This document shows positions 1 through 12,495 of a stretch of DNA of 51,955 nt, one piece after another (position 1 is the first letter of the stretch; every line of letters begins with the position of its first letter). Origin of the DNA: Octopus bimaculoides (Eukaryota); contig NC_068999.1 of assembly GCF_001194135.2 (NCBI RefSeq), forward strand, positions 22,389,666 through 22,441,620, written 5' to 3'. Both the position numbers and the translations under genes were made by a program. The notes beneath the pieces are model-generated. The model did not search any database. It was given only the letters and a program-made list of their open reading frames with translations, and was not told where the DNA came from.

Positions 1-60
<60 letters not shown>

Positions 61-72
61 TATATATATATA
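1..72. repeat. (TA)n microsatellite
   Basis: Direct reading. Confidence 0.99.
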
Positions 73-444
73 TAAAAGGGAAAAAGTAAAAATAAAATTC
101 AATAAATTACATAATTTGAAAGTGTGATCCTCACTCTGTTATCTCTAACTTGCTGTTTTGGATGGTGTGGTTATGACTGCAGATTAACTAAAAGAAAATA
201 AATGGAAAGGAGGAATAAATAAAAACATTGTGAAAAACAGATGGTAGATTGGTAGAATGGTTAGGGCAGCAGACAAGTTTCCTGTAGTGTTAGTGGTGGA
301 CCTTCAGGTTATGAGTTCAAACTTCACTGATACCAAGAGGTAGGGGTCAATAAAATAAAACATTGGTAATATAGGTAATTCCTGTAACAAATCCTGGATG
401 GGAATGGAATTATTATAGAAGACAAAACTTGTCCTCCATATTCA

Positions 445-664
445 AGCCTTTAGTTTTCAGATTATTCTGTCAAATGTAATGCTTTTTATTCATATTGTTT
501 TGAATTAATCATGCATCATCTTGCAGCTTTGAGATTTTCATGATGTGATTGTTTATTTTTGGAAGGACATTATAGGGTAGATGTGAGAGTTTGCATCTGG
601 CTGGTTTGAACATAAAACAGGTAGAACATTTAGGCCAGATATTGCTGGTTTGAATATTAAAGGG
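445..664. mobile_element. TTAA/AGGG-ended MITE family, copy 1
   Basis: Clear homology to 28914-29126 (ATTATTCTGTCAAATGTAATGC...CATAAAACAGGTAGAA); ends AAAGGG|TTAA. Confidence 0.65.
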
Positions 665-854
665 TTAAAATAAAGAGATGCATCCACTATCATGCCAAAA
701 ATTGCTTAAATATACAGATAGTGAATAGAGACAGATGTGGGCATATATGTATAATATGGATTATTTTCAATTGTTTTCATTTAGGGAAATGATTATACTT
801 GAAAACTTCCTTAAAAGACGAAGTGTGTCAGCAATATATCTTAGATGAGAAAGC

Positions 855-1072
855 AGAATGGCAAGCTGGCAGAATCGTTAGCACGCCGGACAAAATGCTT
901 AGCAGTGTTTCATCCATCTTCATGTTTTGAGTTCAAATTCCATCAAGGCTGACTTTTGCCTTTCATCCTTTTGGGGTTGATAAAAAACGGGCCAGTTGAG
1001 TACTGGGGTCAATGGAATTAATTTACCCATTCCCTTGAACTTGCTGGCTTGGGGCCAAAATTTGAAACCAAT
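855..1072 (+). mobile_element. SINE family B copy
   Basis: GGCAGAATCGTTAGCACGCCGG...GAGTTCAAATTCC...GCCTTTCATCCTTT.GGGGT.GATAA. Confidence 0.8.
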
Positions 1073-1261
1073 ATATCTTAGATTAGAAAAATCATTTGAA
1101 ATACATATGTTAGTATAAACTAATCCTCGAAAAATATGGATTTAGCATAGTAATAATATAGTGATAAACTTTAAAAGATAATTACTCTTAGAAAAAGAAT
1201 CAAAATGGAAGCATTTTGTTTGTTACACAACCTACAAAGAATGGTCACCAAGGCTTTTATT

Positions 1262-1625
1262 CTTTATCTTTTACTTGTTTCAGTCATGACTGTGGCCATT
1301 CTGGGGCACCACGTTGACGAACATTTAGTCGAATGCATTAACTCCAGTACTTATTTTTTAAAAGCCTGGTACTTATTCTATCAGTCGCTTTTGCCAAACT
1401 GCTATGTCATGGGACTGTAAAGCTGAGGGGGGGACAAACACAGACGCAATAACACACACACACACATATGTATATATATGATGGGCTTCTTTCAGTTTCT
1501 GTCTACCAAATCCACTCACAAGGTTTTGATTGACCAAAGGCTAGACACTTGCCCAAGGTGTCATGCAGTGGGACTGAACCTGGAACCATGTAGTTGGGAA
1601 GTAAGGATCTTACCACACAGCCAGA
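1262..1625 (-). mobile_element. SINE family A copy
   Basis: Reverse complement of 17461-17848. Confidence 0.8.
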
Positions 1626-1679
1626 ATTTTCTACATCACTCTATCTCAAAAAAGAAATTACAATTAAAATGGAATAATG

Positions 1680-1927
1680 TACTCTTTTACTTGGTCTCTT
1701 TTTGCTGAACCGCTAAGTTATGGGGACGTAAACACACCAGCGATGGTGGGGGGACAAACACACATATATATATACGATGGGCTTCTTTCAGTTTCCGTCT
1801 ACCAAATCCACCCACAAAGCTTTAGACGGCCCGAGGCTATAGTAGAAGACACTTGCCCCAAGGTGCCATGCAGTGGGACTGAACCCGGAACCATGTGGTT
1901 GGTAAGCAAGCTACTTACCACACAGCC
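1680..1927 (-). mobile_element. SINE family A copy, internally deleted
   Basis: Reverse complement head plus partial tail. Confidence 0.8.
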
Positions 1928-1940
1928 ACTCATATGCTAA

Positions 1941-2090
1941 CCACTGAAGAATGTTGTCTTCCAGCTTTTCTTAATTGAATGATAATCCACGATTCCTCTA
2001 AAATTGATTCGTCCATTTGCTTCTTTTACTACTTATCTCCCCCTTATTTTTTTTTTCTATCCAACCAAACTGAACAATTACTTTAAAATG
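1941..2090 (-). repeat. Shorter copy of the 33737-33888 segment
   Basis: CCACTGAAGAATGTTGTC...CAAACTGAACAATTAC shared at high identity. Confidence 0.75.
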
Positions 2091-2749
2091 AAATTGTTTA
2101 AATTTAAAACATGGTAAACACTCTTAAGCAAATGCATCTTTTAATTTTTACTTGCTTCAGCCATTGCACTGTGGTCATGTTAGGGCACTGTCTTGAAGAG
2201 TTTAGCCAGTACTTATCTTTTTAGGCATAGTACTTATTCTATCGTTTTCTTTTGCCAAACCACTAAGTTATGGCGACACAAAGAAACCAACACCTGTTGT
2301 CAAGGAGTGGTGGTAGACACATACACACCTGTATTGTCGAAATATAGGAAGGACTTAGGGAATTGGCGTTATGCATCTTGTGCAGGAAAATGATGGAGGT
2401 ATGTGGTGTACAGGCGATGTGGACTGTACAGTTGATAGATTTACTTGAAATATAATTGTAAATTTTCCAAAGTAAAAATAAGCGTTGTCTACAACGACTG
2501 ACGGGATACAGAGGATATTTAACGAATTCCATAGCGTAAAGATTACATACAATGTAGTAACTTACCGAGGGGTAAAGAAAACAAAAAGTTAGAAGCGTAC
2601 AAAAGAAAAAATACTTTTTAAGTTAATGAATTCCCACTAGGGAGACAACACTATCTTCACTTATTGACCACTTATAAATACAGTATCTGAATTACGTCCC
2701 TTGTATCATCAACCTGAATTGTAAACAAGAAGAAATTCATTACAATTTA

Positions 2750-3310
2750 GTCAATAGTACGTTTGGCCCAAGCCGACCTCTCACTGAAGAGTGGGGTTCT
2801 TTTTGGCGTGCATGATAATGCGTAAGTCCTCGTCGCTGACTTCAATGGAGGCCCTAGCGAAGTCCAGTGCCTTTAACAGGAGCTCCCTTCATATAGATGG
2901 CTAGAAATCTGCTATATCAAATTGGGTAAACCTAGGTCTACTCCTACGCTATAGACCTAAAACCATGTAATGACCTTGTAGGTGTTACGTCATAGGACGA
3001 GGTCAGAGACATTTTGAACGCCGTTACTGACCTTCCTGACAAGCCGTTTGCTCACCTGTTCGATCTCAGACTTCGCCTGGTTCATCAGCCTGCATTTAGG
3101 GTTAGAGGCAAAATTTGGTTTATGATCCTTGATCGTTATGGAGTTCTCTTTCTTCGCCAGCGTCACTACCCTATCTTCTATGCCTAGTTTAAATGCTATA
3201 TCTCTGGCGTTTTGGTTAATACTACTGTACGCCTGGCGGGTAACCCTCCTGTAGGTCTGTGTAACACCGTTGTTAAGAAGTTGTGCGTATGTGTCGCTAC
3301 TTACTCTATA
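2750..3310 (-). mobile_element. Penelope-like element reverse transcriptase relic (stops and frameshift)
   Basis: Manual translation: YAQLLNNGVTQTY...KLGIEDRV...ITIKDHKPNFASNPKCRLMNQAKSEIEQVSK...RNTYKVITWF...FTQFDIADF*PSI...LLKALDFA...IIMHAKK, characteristic of PLE RT. Confidence 0.85.
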
Positions 3311-3499
3311 TAAATTTTAAGTTTTATCAGAAAAGAGAATGGTCCTATCAGAAGATTTACAACTGGCTTCTTTCAGTTTCCGGCAACGAAATCAGCAAGG
3401 CATTCGTCGGCCCGAAGCTATGGAAGACACCTACTCAAGGTGTCACGCAGTGGGATTGAACACAAAACCGTGTGTTTGTGTGTATGTGTGAGCGTGCGC

Positions 3500-3541
<42 letters not shown>

Positions 3542-3672
3542 ATTTAAACACCTATACATGCATACGTACATCCATAACAAATACAGCTATATGTAGATAT
3601 ACGGATGTCTGTCTTTCTCTGCATGTACACACACACATTTCTAGAGAGCAGTCGCCATATTTCATTCCATAT

Positions 3673-3766
3673 CGGCTACCTCTGATGAGCTCAGGGTTAT
3701 ATAACCGGATTGTTACCGAATACTTCGTTGAATCCCTAACGCGAAACCGATAGATAAGATCAGCCG
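3673..3766 (+). ncRNA. Degenerate type I hammerhead ribozyme motif with long stem II
   Basis: CGGCTACCT-CTGATGA-GC...AGGG...CCCT...GC-GAAA-CCGATAGA-TA|AGATCAGCCG; CGGCT/AGCCG closes stem I; one C.A mismatch in stem III. Confidence 0.6.
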
Positions 3767-4230
3767 TAATGGATATATAATACTGTATACATCAATAATA
3801 TATTTCTATCTATATGTAAACGTGCGTATGTGCACATATATATATTGTTTAGTTTGTGTTAGTGATTACAGTCAGACTTTAGTGTCACCTAAATTATAAA
3901 GTTTTAATACTTTGTTTTTCTTTTTTGAAAGAATGGCAACATCCATGGCATTTTCCCGAGTTCGTGCAACTGGTAGGGTAAGTTGTCCATAGACAAGAGA
4001 CCGGGTCCGAATGCTTGCAACAGAATGGAATCTACTATAAGCACACATAGACGAGACTAGAGAACAAGTACGGTCCATCAGACGAGCTTCCTAAGTTTCC
4101 TCCATCAAATTTCACTCAAGAGGTTTTTATTCAGTTGAGACTAAAGCAGAATATATATAATAATAATGAACTTCGTTGTGTCTAGGGAGATGCAAACCAG
4201 ATACGAAAACGAAATATCGAACTTATTGTC

Positions 4231-4790
4231 TACAGTGCTCAGGTGCACTACAACTCATCAGAAAAAATAACCAAAACTGTAAGAAGAGTACATTGAATAT
4301 ACACAGGAAGTGAACAGTGAAAGTCTTTAAAAAAAAGGGAAGAAGAAACAGAAGTAGGGGGGGGGGCATCAGGTGCACTGATGGTGAATTTCAGGAAGCA
4401 TGGAAATTTTGAAGGATGTAGTGTCTCGGCAGCTAATAACTGATTTAAGTAATCTATTCCATGTTTCAGAAATTCTGAGTGTGAAAAAACGTTTCCAAAA
4501 GTCATGAGTGCTGTGTTGTTTTTTGAATTTGTAAGCATGTCCATGAGTGTTTGATATATGGAATTCAAAAAGGTGCGAAGGTTGTTGTTGGAAACATGGT
4601 GGCTAATCAGTTGCCAGACGTCGGAGCTATAATGAGTCTATGCTAGGGAAGCAAGACGTTCAGAGTATGGTAGATGCTTGACGGCGAGTATTCATCTGGT
4701 TGTATGTTTCTGAACAGTTTCCAGGAGATTGATATGCCGAAGATACGGAAACTGCAGAAAATGCGTACTTTCGAAGAGAATTTCTTAACT
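4231..4790 (-). mobile_element. CR1/L2-like LINE 3' fragment
   Basis: Homologous to 27818-28505; both end at TACAGTG(C/T)TCAGGTGCACTACAACT on the + strand. Confidence 0.75.
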
Positions 4791-4842
4791 ACATAACACA
4801 CACATAGAGTAAAATCAAACATTAAAAGTTGAACATTAATAA

Positions 4843-5730
4843 CGCCGTTCCACATAAAAGTATCGACAATCTGAGCTCTGTTTGGGACTAAAAACCCACG
4901 GCCCATCACTCCTACGTCCATGGTTCCTGTCGTTTCGTGGTTCTGCATCACTGTCTTCGAAGAGAGCAGCGTTGTCGCCATTCAGCATTCTTCTTCGATT
5001 GTATTTTCGTCGACCAGCAAATCTTGCTTCATCGATTTGAATGGGGTTATCGTTTGTTCCAACCATCTTCCCTCATCGTTCATGGCTCCATACACCTCGC
5101 AGCGGTAATCTTCAAGTTTAGGGGGATAAAAAAATAAATAAAAATATTCAAGGGAAGTAACTGAACGTCTCACCAGTATTCTCCGGACATCTCGGTTTAT
5201 AAATAAATCACACACGTGATTTGATTGACGTTAGGGTTAGGGTGTGATTTATTTATAAACAGCTAGAAGAAAACGGATAATACTGGTAAGTCGTTCAGTT
5301 ATTTCCCTTGAATATTTTTATTTATTTTTTTATCCCCCTAAACTTGAAGATTACCCCTCGCAGCACATATTGTACCAGTCAGTCATTGTATTCTTAGATT
5401 TTCCTGTTAGAGTCACTGCTGTGGTCATGGGTGTATCCATGACAAAGAAAAATATTAGTTCTAAAATCTTACTCAGGCTCAGCTTGCAGTTTAATTTGTT
5501 GTTAATGTCTGTATAATGGAAAAATTGGTTTCCTTTACGAACTGAACATGAAGTTTGACACCCCTTTCGAGGACAACGAAGTACAGGCTTGGATTATCCA
5601 CCTCTGTCACGCTTTCGTTTTTCCTGCATGATAGCACCGCATCGATGGCAGGGATGTGCTTCATCTTGTGTATCCAGCAGATTGAAATCTTTTAAAAATG
5701 TGACTGCTGTTTACTCCATCCAAATGACAT
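4843..5730 (-). pseudogene. Merlin (IS1016/IS1595-like) transposase relic, interrupted by a MITE
   Basis: N-terminal PCHRCG..M...LRCPRKGCQT..SVRKG, ...TDWYNMCCEV | VGTNDNPIQIDEARFAGRRKYNR...GPWVF...RYFYVERR (QIDE, RKYNRGR and WVFG-type motifs). Confidence 0.85.
5104..5355. mobile_element. 252-bp fold-back MITE (Merlin-type termini) with 9-bp TSD
   Basis: TIR GGTAATCTTCAAGTTTAGGGGG..., 63/64 identity over the outer arms; TSD CCTCGCAGC at 5095-5103 and 5356-5364. Confidence 0.92.
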
Positions 5731-6246
5731 GTATATAAAAATCTTTCAGCAATATTTCAATGTAAGGTAAATCGCAAGTGGAAAGGTGAGGTAATAACGA
5801 ATAGTTTTTAAGGTAGATAACCCTGGCTATACTATTTGACAACGTAGTAGACCGCATACTGTATTAGCATCGAAGTTTTTCCCCCTCCATATTTTGAAGA
5901 GATCTCAGGCCAGCAATGTTTGGGGTCTGAAGATACCCCGTAAGGCTAAACCCCTTATGAGCGAGAAACCCAGGGTAACCCCATAAACCGTCGTTGATTG
6001 GTTAAAATTACCCAAATATGACAACTTTAACGCGAAATAAATTCTGAAATACGAAATTTTGTCAAAAATGTTGAAAATAAACTGTGCTCAGTGCGAGAAA
6101 TTACACCAGTATATGAAGTTTCAAATTGTTTAGTTAAAAAAAATAATAAAAAAATCTGTGAGCCAAACTGAGAGATCCATATATATATATATATATATAT
6201 ATATGCATTTGTTTTGCAAGATTTCTGATATGAAATNNNNNNNNNN

Positions 6247-6290
<44 letters not shown>

Positions 6291-6321
6291 TTTGTTTTGC
6301 AAGATTTCTGATATGAAATCG

Positions 6322-6535
6322 TAATAATCCTTTCTACTAAAGGCGCAAGGTCTGACATTTTGGGGTGAGGGGATTACATCGATCCCAGGATTTCACTGGC
6401 ACTTAATATGTCGATCCTGAAAAGATGAAAGGCAGAATCGACCTCGGGGGAATTTTGAACTTAGAATGCAGCGGTAGACGAAATACCGCTATGCATTTCG
6501 CTCGGCGTGCTAACGATTCTGCCAGCTCACCGCCT
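6322..6535 (-). mobile_element. SINE family B copy
   Basis: Reverse complement of family B. Confidence 0.8.
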
Positions 6536-7140
6536 TAATAATAATAATTTTGTACATCCACAAATTATAATGATGTGCACGTGTTTTCGCTGCAATGACT
6601 ACTCACTGCTGCGAATCCAACCTTGCGATATTGCACGTGTAGGTCATTATAAGCTGTATATAGCTATAAAATACATTTTGTGGATGTACAAGTGTCCATA
6701 CTCTTTATTATTATTATTAATATGAATATACATTCCAGACAACTTTTACTGTCTAGCAAAGAGAACACGGAATTACCCATCGGAAGAATTCACGGAGTGA
6801 CAAACGACTAAATGTAGTCACAGGTGTTTAGATATTGATCATTATGGTTAGCTGTTAACTGGAACTTAACTGAGAGCTAATACGGTATCCGCCCGGATAA
6901 TATATCCCTCCAAACTCACTTTTATATATATATATTAAGAGAATTAGAAAAAAATATTTGGTATTATATTAGATATATAGTAAGGTGATGATTATAATGA
7001 GACGAAACTCTTGTCTTTTGAGCCTTTTCTTCAGCAATTTTAGCAAAAAAAGATTACATTTATTTGAAGACATAGAGTCAAAGTCTGTAATGGTACGGCG
7101 AGATAAAATATTTTCAAGATTTCACTTACTTGGAATACCT

Positions 7141-7638
7141 GGAAAGACTTCCGCCCGTCCCCCCACCATTTTCTCTTAAATTTGTTTATTTTTGTAATTT
7201 TTTTCTCCAAAAATACCCATTGTCGGATACGAAGGTTCCAGATAATTGCCAAAAATCGGCACTGTGAAAATTTCCTCCCTCCCCTTTCCTCCCCAACTTC
7301 TTCAATTTTAACTTTTTCCCCAACACTAACCCTAAAACCCTAACCATAAAACCGTAACCCTAACCCTAAAACCCCAAAACCTTAACCTTAACCCTAAAAC
7401 CGTAACCATAAGTACAGAAATGTTTTGAAATTTTTGTCCGAATCATAATGTCCGTATTTTTCCACATATTTAGAAAAAAAAAAAAAAAAAAAAAAAAAAA
7501 TTCTGATAAATGAAGGAAATGGGGGTGGGGGTGCGGGTAATTTAGAAATGTCGATTTTTGCCTATTTTTTTTGCAGATTCGTATTCCCCGTACCCGAAAA
7601 GGGTGGTTTTGGGGGTGGGGACAGGCGGAAGTCTTGCC
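7141..7638. mobile_element. ~500-bp TIR element with internal telomere-like (CCCTAA-type) array
   Basis: GG(A/C)AAGACTTCCGCC(C/T)GTCCCC inverted termini; degenerate AACCCT(A)AA repeats at ~7325-7410; no TSD seen. Confidence 0.7.
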
Positions 7639-8292
7639 TAAATCTCTGTTAAGTGCAATTGATCACACACAAAAAATATGGATGTCGAGAATGCAATACT
7701 TGTTAAAATGACATCTCGTTGCGAGGCTTCACTCAGGTGTTGCTAGATTTTTAAATGTAATTACTAGCACAGGCACTGTGTGTATGTGTGTGTATAAGAG
7801 GAAACTTATCGATCAAATGGATCTTTTTGAATTTCTTCTATTTGAAGCATTTCAAATTTAAACAAGATCCGATCAATTCCAAGAAAAGTCACACACACAC
7901 ACAAAAGAAACCAGTACAACAAACAAGTATATAAATAGGTCGTGAGGAAGGAAGAGTGAAGAAATCAACGTTTCAAACAGTCGCTTTTTTTTCGCCAAAA
8001 AAAGGAAAAGAGGGTAAAAAGAGAGTCAATCAAAGTGCGCAGTTTTCCAGTGTTAGTGATATGCACACATTCAGCTAGACATACCCTGACATTGCCCTTG
8101 TACAACAGACGTGGACTGCAATCCTTGTGATCATAATATCATCATTATATAAACATAATAACATCTGCCTAAAGTTTTGTAATATAAGCTTTAGATCTGA
8201 CTCATATTTTCATGATTTACTTAGTGTATGTTGTACAACACGTGATGTTTGTTTTTTGAAATTATTGTTTTCGTTATGTGTTCTAATTTATG

Positions 8293-8326
<34 letters not shown>

Positions 8327-8352
8327 AGGTTATTCATGTACAGCCGTTGGCG

Positions 8353-8730
8353 GGTCTGTGTGGTAAGAAGTTTGCTTCGGATTCAGACCCACCTCGTGAC
8401 ACCTTGGGCAAGTGTTTTGTACTATAGCTACGGACCAGCCAAAACCTTGTGAGTGGATTTGGTAGACGGAAATTGGAAGAAGCCCGTCATGTGTGTGTAC
8501 ACACACACACACATTATGTATATATGTGTGTGTGTGTGGTGTGTATTTGGGCTTGAAATCGGTATTGGTGTGTTTACGTCCCCATAACTTAGCGGTTCAG
8601 CAAAAGAGACCGAAAGAATAAGTATCAGGCTTAAAAAAAAAAAGAAAATCTAGACTCAATTAGTTCGACTAAAATTCGTCAAGGTAATGTCCCAGCATGG
8701 CTGCAGTCTAATCACTGAAACAAGGTAAAA
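8353..8730 (+). mobile_element. SINE family A copy
   Basis: Colinear with 17461-17848. Confidence 0.8.
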
Positions 8731-9214
8731 AAACCCCAAAAAATACCGCTGAAAGACATCAATATCATGAGTTCCAGGTGAAGGTTAATAGGAGAAATGT
8801 TCCGTAGTTCGGTCTAAATGAATAGAATACATTTTTTTATAAGACTGAGTTACGTCATGTTTTTTAAGATTTTTTTTTTATCAAAAGGCGCAAGGGAAAG
8901 AGTAAGAGTACATGACTGCGTAGTTAAGCAGGTCGCTTTGCAGCCACGTAGTTTCAGGTTCAGTCCTATTGCGCGCAGCACCTGGGGCAAGTGTTTTCTA
9001 TCGTTCAGTATTTTTTGAGAGTGAATTTGATAGACGGAAACTGTGTGGAAGCCCGTCGTATACATACATACATATTTATACACACACACACATATATATA
9101 CATATACATACATACATGTATATATATATATATATAAGGGTAGCCTTAGATTTTTTAAAATATAAAAGTGTTTTTCAACCAATATCTACCTGCTATTATT
9201 CATAGCTTAGCAAT

Positions 9215-9352
9215 ATTTCACCCGTCGCTACGTTCTGAGTTCAAATTCCGTCGAGGTCGACTTGCCTTTCATTCTTTTGAAACACTGGGGTCGATGTAAT
9301 CGACTAGTCCCTCCCCCAAAATTTCAGGCCTTGTGCCTATAGTAGAAAGGAT
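9215..9352 (+). mobile_element. SINE family B copy, truncated
   Basis: GTTCTGAGTTCAAATTCCGTCGAGGTCGACTTGCCTTTC. Confidence 0.8.
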
Positions 9353-12084
9353 TATTCGTGGCTTTGTGTGTTTAAAGATAATACTAAAAGAATGTATGTA
9401 CATTCGTACATGCACACATATATATATGTGTGTGAGCGCGCGCGTTTGCCAGACCCCCCACCACCGCTTGACAACCAGTGTTCGTCTATTTATTCCCCAC
9501 TTAACTTAAAGTTTCAGCAAAAGAGACCGATAGAATAAGTTGCAGATTTTTAAAAAATAAGTATTAGTGTTAGTTAGACTCTTCAAGCTGGTGCCCCAGC
9601 ATGACCGCAATCATATACCTAAAACAAGTAAAAGATATAAATAATATTAAATACTGTAACTTTATAAACAAATCTGATATTGAATGTGACCTCCCACCAC
9701 CAAAAAAAACAAAAACAAAACAAAACTGTAAGCTGGGCCTCAGACGTTACACCAAACGAGTTCAGGCTTTTCTTCCTTTCAAATGAGGAGAATCCCACCT
9801 TCCTACCATAATGAAATGCTTGTTTGCTTTCGCTGATCTTTTGACCTTTATCACACCTCTCGATGCATTATTTAACAAATGAGATCAACTTACATTCAAT
9901 TGTATGACTTCGTTAAGTTTCAGTTGGTGCGGCTAACTAGGCTAAACCTACTATGCAGATAATTTTTTTTTAATGCGATCGAGTTGGAAAACATACACAC
10001 AAGTGTTCACAAATGTTTTTTTTTTCTAATGTGGTCGGAGTGTTGGTTAAAACACCTACGCACACATATATACATACGTACACACACTAGTTATACAGAT
10101 GCATGTAAGTGCGTATGTATGTGTGCATATGTATATGTATATATGTATGCAAACATATATGTATACACACACACACACACACATAATTACGAGTGAATGA
10201 ACAAACGAAAGTAACACTCAGCACATTTAGTTGGAAGTTACATGTATGAATTATAATAATTTGATTCATCCCCACGTTAGCTTCGTAAGCTTAGGAGACG
10301 TCCACCCCATCAGATATTCGGGGAGAGAGTGTATATTTATGTTTTCTTTTTCAATTACTTGAAGTCTTAGCTAACTAAAACAATATATTTCGAACTTGAG
10401 TAAACTTTTGCATATATTCTCTATTCCGTTGTATTTATAATGCGCGTGTTTGGTAGTTCATTTTTTTTTTTATCTGAGAACTCTAGTTATCCATATTACC
10501 GAGGAATTTAGTAACAAAACCAAGTAATTCAATTATTATTGGTCCAAACGTGAATTTATAATTCAGGTACATAAGCTGGAAGTTTCGAAGCAGTTGTCTA
10601 TAGTATTCCCCTTTCTCTTTGATTTTTCGAAGAGATATTCACATTACCATATTTTGTAGCAACCTCTTGTCTTGGATTGCAAATGCATAGCCTTGGATTG
10701 TGATGTGACGTAGTGGTCATGAGTCCAAGAAAGGATGCACGCATGCTGGTATTACTGCCACTTTTAAGTCTTCGGGAAACATACATGGACAACTTGCTCC
10801 GAAACAACACCGAGTGGGGAACACTTCTCAAAAATAACCTGCAGTTGTTTCCTTCAAAATTCCTACATGCTCGAAATGTACATACATCAAGGTATATTTG
10901 TAGAAAATTTCACGAAAAAATACTCATTTTCCTGGAAGTTAAGAGGAATTTAAGTGGACTTTGTTGGAATTTCCGAAAATTGTCCCCCACCCCCATTCCA
11001 AAACACTTTCACCGAAAATTTTTGTATATTCGGAATCTACATAATAAATAATATATGCATAGAAAATTTCATAAAAAAATATTCATTTTTCTGAAAGTTA
11101 TGACCTTCCAAAGTCGGTGGGTACAACTCTGTAGTTATGCCCTTCAGTTATGCCCATACTATAACGAAGTGGAGTAAATGAGGGTGTGTGAATGATATAT
11201 GCGATTTGAGATGAAAATGAACTGGTAAGCGACGATTTATTCTCCGTTATAAGATACAATGATTGCCATACATGAAATAAAATAACATAACAGGTTACAA
11301 CAAAAATCTGTGAGAGAACTTAGTGGTTGGTTTGGACTGATCTGGTAGACAAAGTTGATGTACTGTTTGGTGGTGTGTAGAGGCAGCCGTTGGTCTGTTG
11401 GTTGTGTGATGTTCATATAACAGTGATGTAGACAGGCGTCTGGTGAAGATGAAAGCGGAGACTGGTTGGTGTCAGAACATCGTTGCCGGAGACGAGTTGC
11501 GTGTGGTTAGTGACGCGTGTCATAGAATTTCTTTATTTGCCGATAGAGGCATACATAGAGGGGACAGAACAAGGACGGTCTTTACACAGGACTGGGGTTA
11601 CAATCACAATGATAAAAATTGATTAAACCGGTGTTAAATTGAAAGATGAATGAGAATAAAAATTATATGATTATAATAAACACAGTTCTTGGGTTTTTTT
11701 TATTTAACCCGCCAGCTTTTTCCTTTGTTTTCCGTTCCTTTTTTTCCTTGACTAGCTACACTAGCACGACCCCATTCAATCTCAACTTCTTTACAACAGT
11801 TACCCTTCGACTGGATGAAGAAGAGAATGAACGTGCAGAGTGAGAAAGACCTGGGTGATGTTGCGAGAGACAGAAATAAATGGAGGAACAAGCCATGATT
11901 CGTCAACGGCATGAATATACCATGACACGAGAGAGAGATAGAGACCTATGCATGAAGTTTTTGGTATGTTGAGCGTTTCACATCCAGGTCTTCTTTGAGG
12001 TATGTTAGTCCAGCTGTTTTGGGGCTTGGGTGGGAGGTCGCCCTTCCATACTTATTTTACATTTGTAAATTCAACTATTAGATT

Positions 12085-12495
12085 ATGACCAAGAACTATG
12101 TCCTCGTTATATTTACCATGACATACCTGTTTGAATCAATTTCTTCTCTTTTTTTTCTATCAATGACGATAAAACCTAGAAATCGTCTGAATCCATGGAT
12201 CGCAGTCAAGAAGAACGTTTCATATTTTGACAAAGTCAAAGGAAAAATGGAGTAACTGAATTTTGTGATCAATTTCATAGTTTACATTTTTTTTCTAATT
12301 GCTTCAATTTACAATTGCATATTATGCCTCGAGACAAAGTTTATTTATGTTTTAGTTAATTTGTTAACCCACAGTGCAGAAATGTGGTTCACTTTTTTTT
12401 TCAAAGTTGTTAAGAAATCGACTTCTTTAAAATTTTCAAATGTGATATTATTTTTGTAGGGTTGCGAGACAATGAAAAAAGTTAGGAAACCACTG
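12085..12495 (+). mobile_element. hAT (Charlie/Buster-like) 3' remnant
   Basis: IFTMTYLFES...IKPRNRLN...FDK resembles the hAT C-terminal dimerization motif; ends AAAAAGTTAGGAAACCACTG, a Charlie-type 3' TIR. Confidence 0.7.

Noticed and set aside
6183-6320. Perfect ~40-bp duplication (TGCATTTGTTTTGCAAGATTTCTGATATGAAAT) either side of a 10-N gap
   Set aside because: Most likely overlapping contig ends around a (TA)n tract, i.e. an assembly artefact.
7325-7410. CCCTAA-like repeats as a true telomere or chromosome end
   Set aside because: Short, degenerate, internal and enclosed by TIRs.
10590-11130. Possible DNA transposon relic (LGVVSEQ-like peptide, two ~45-bp internal repeats at ~10900 and ~11060)
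   Set aside because: Motif too short and no termini or TSD identified; cannot be classified without a search.
11330-12060. Possible LINE/RTE scraps (ARDRNKWR-like and GRPPT-like peptides)
   Set aside because: Fragments are short and on opposite strands; insufficient for a call.
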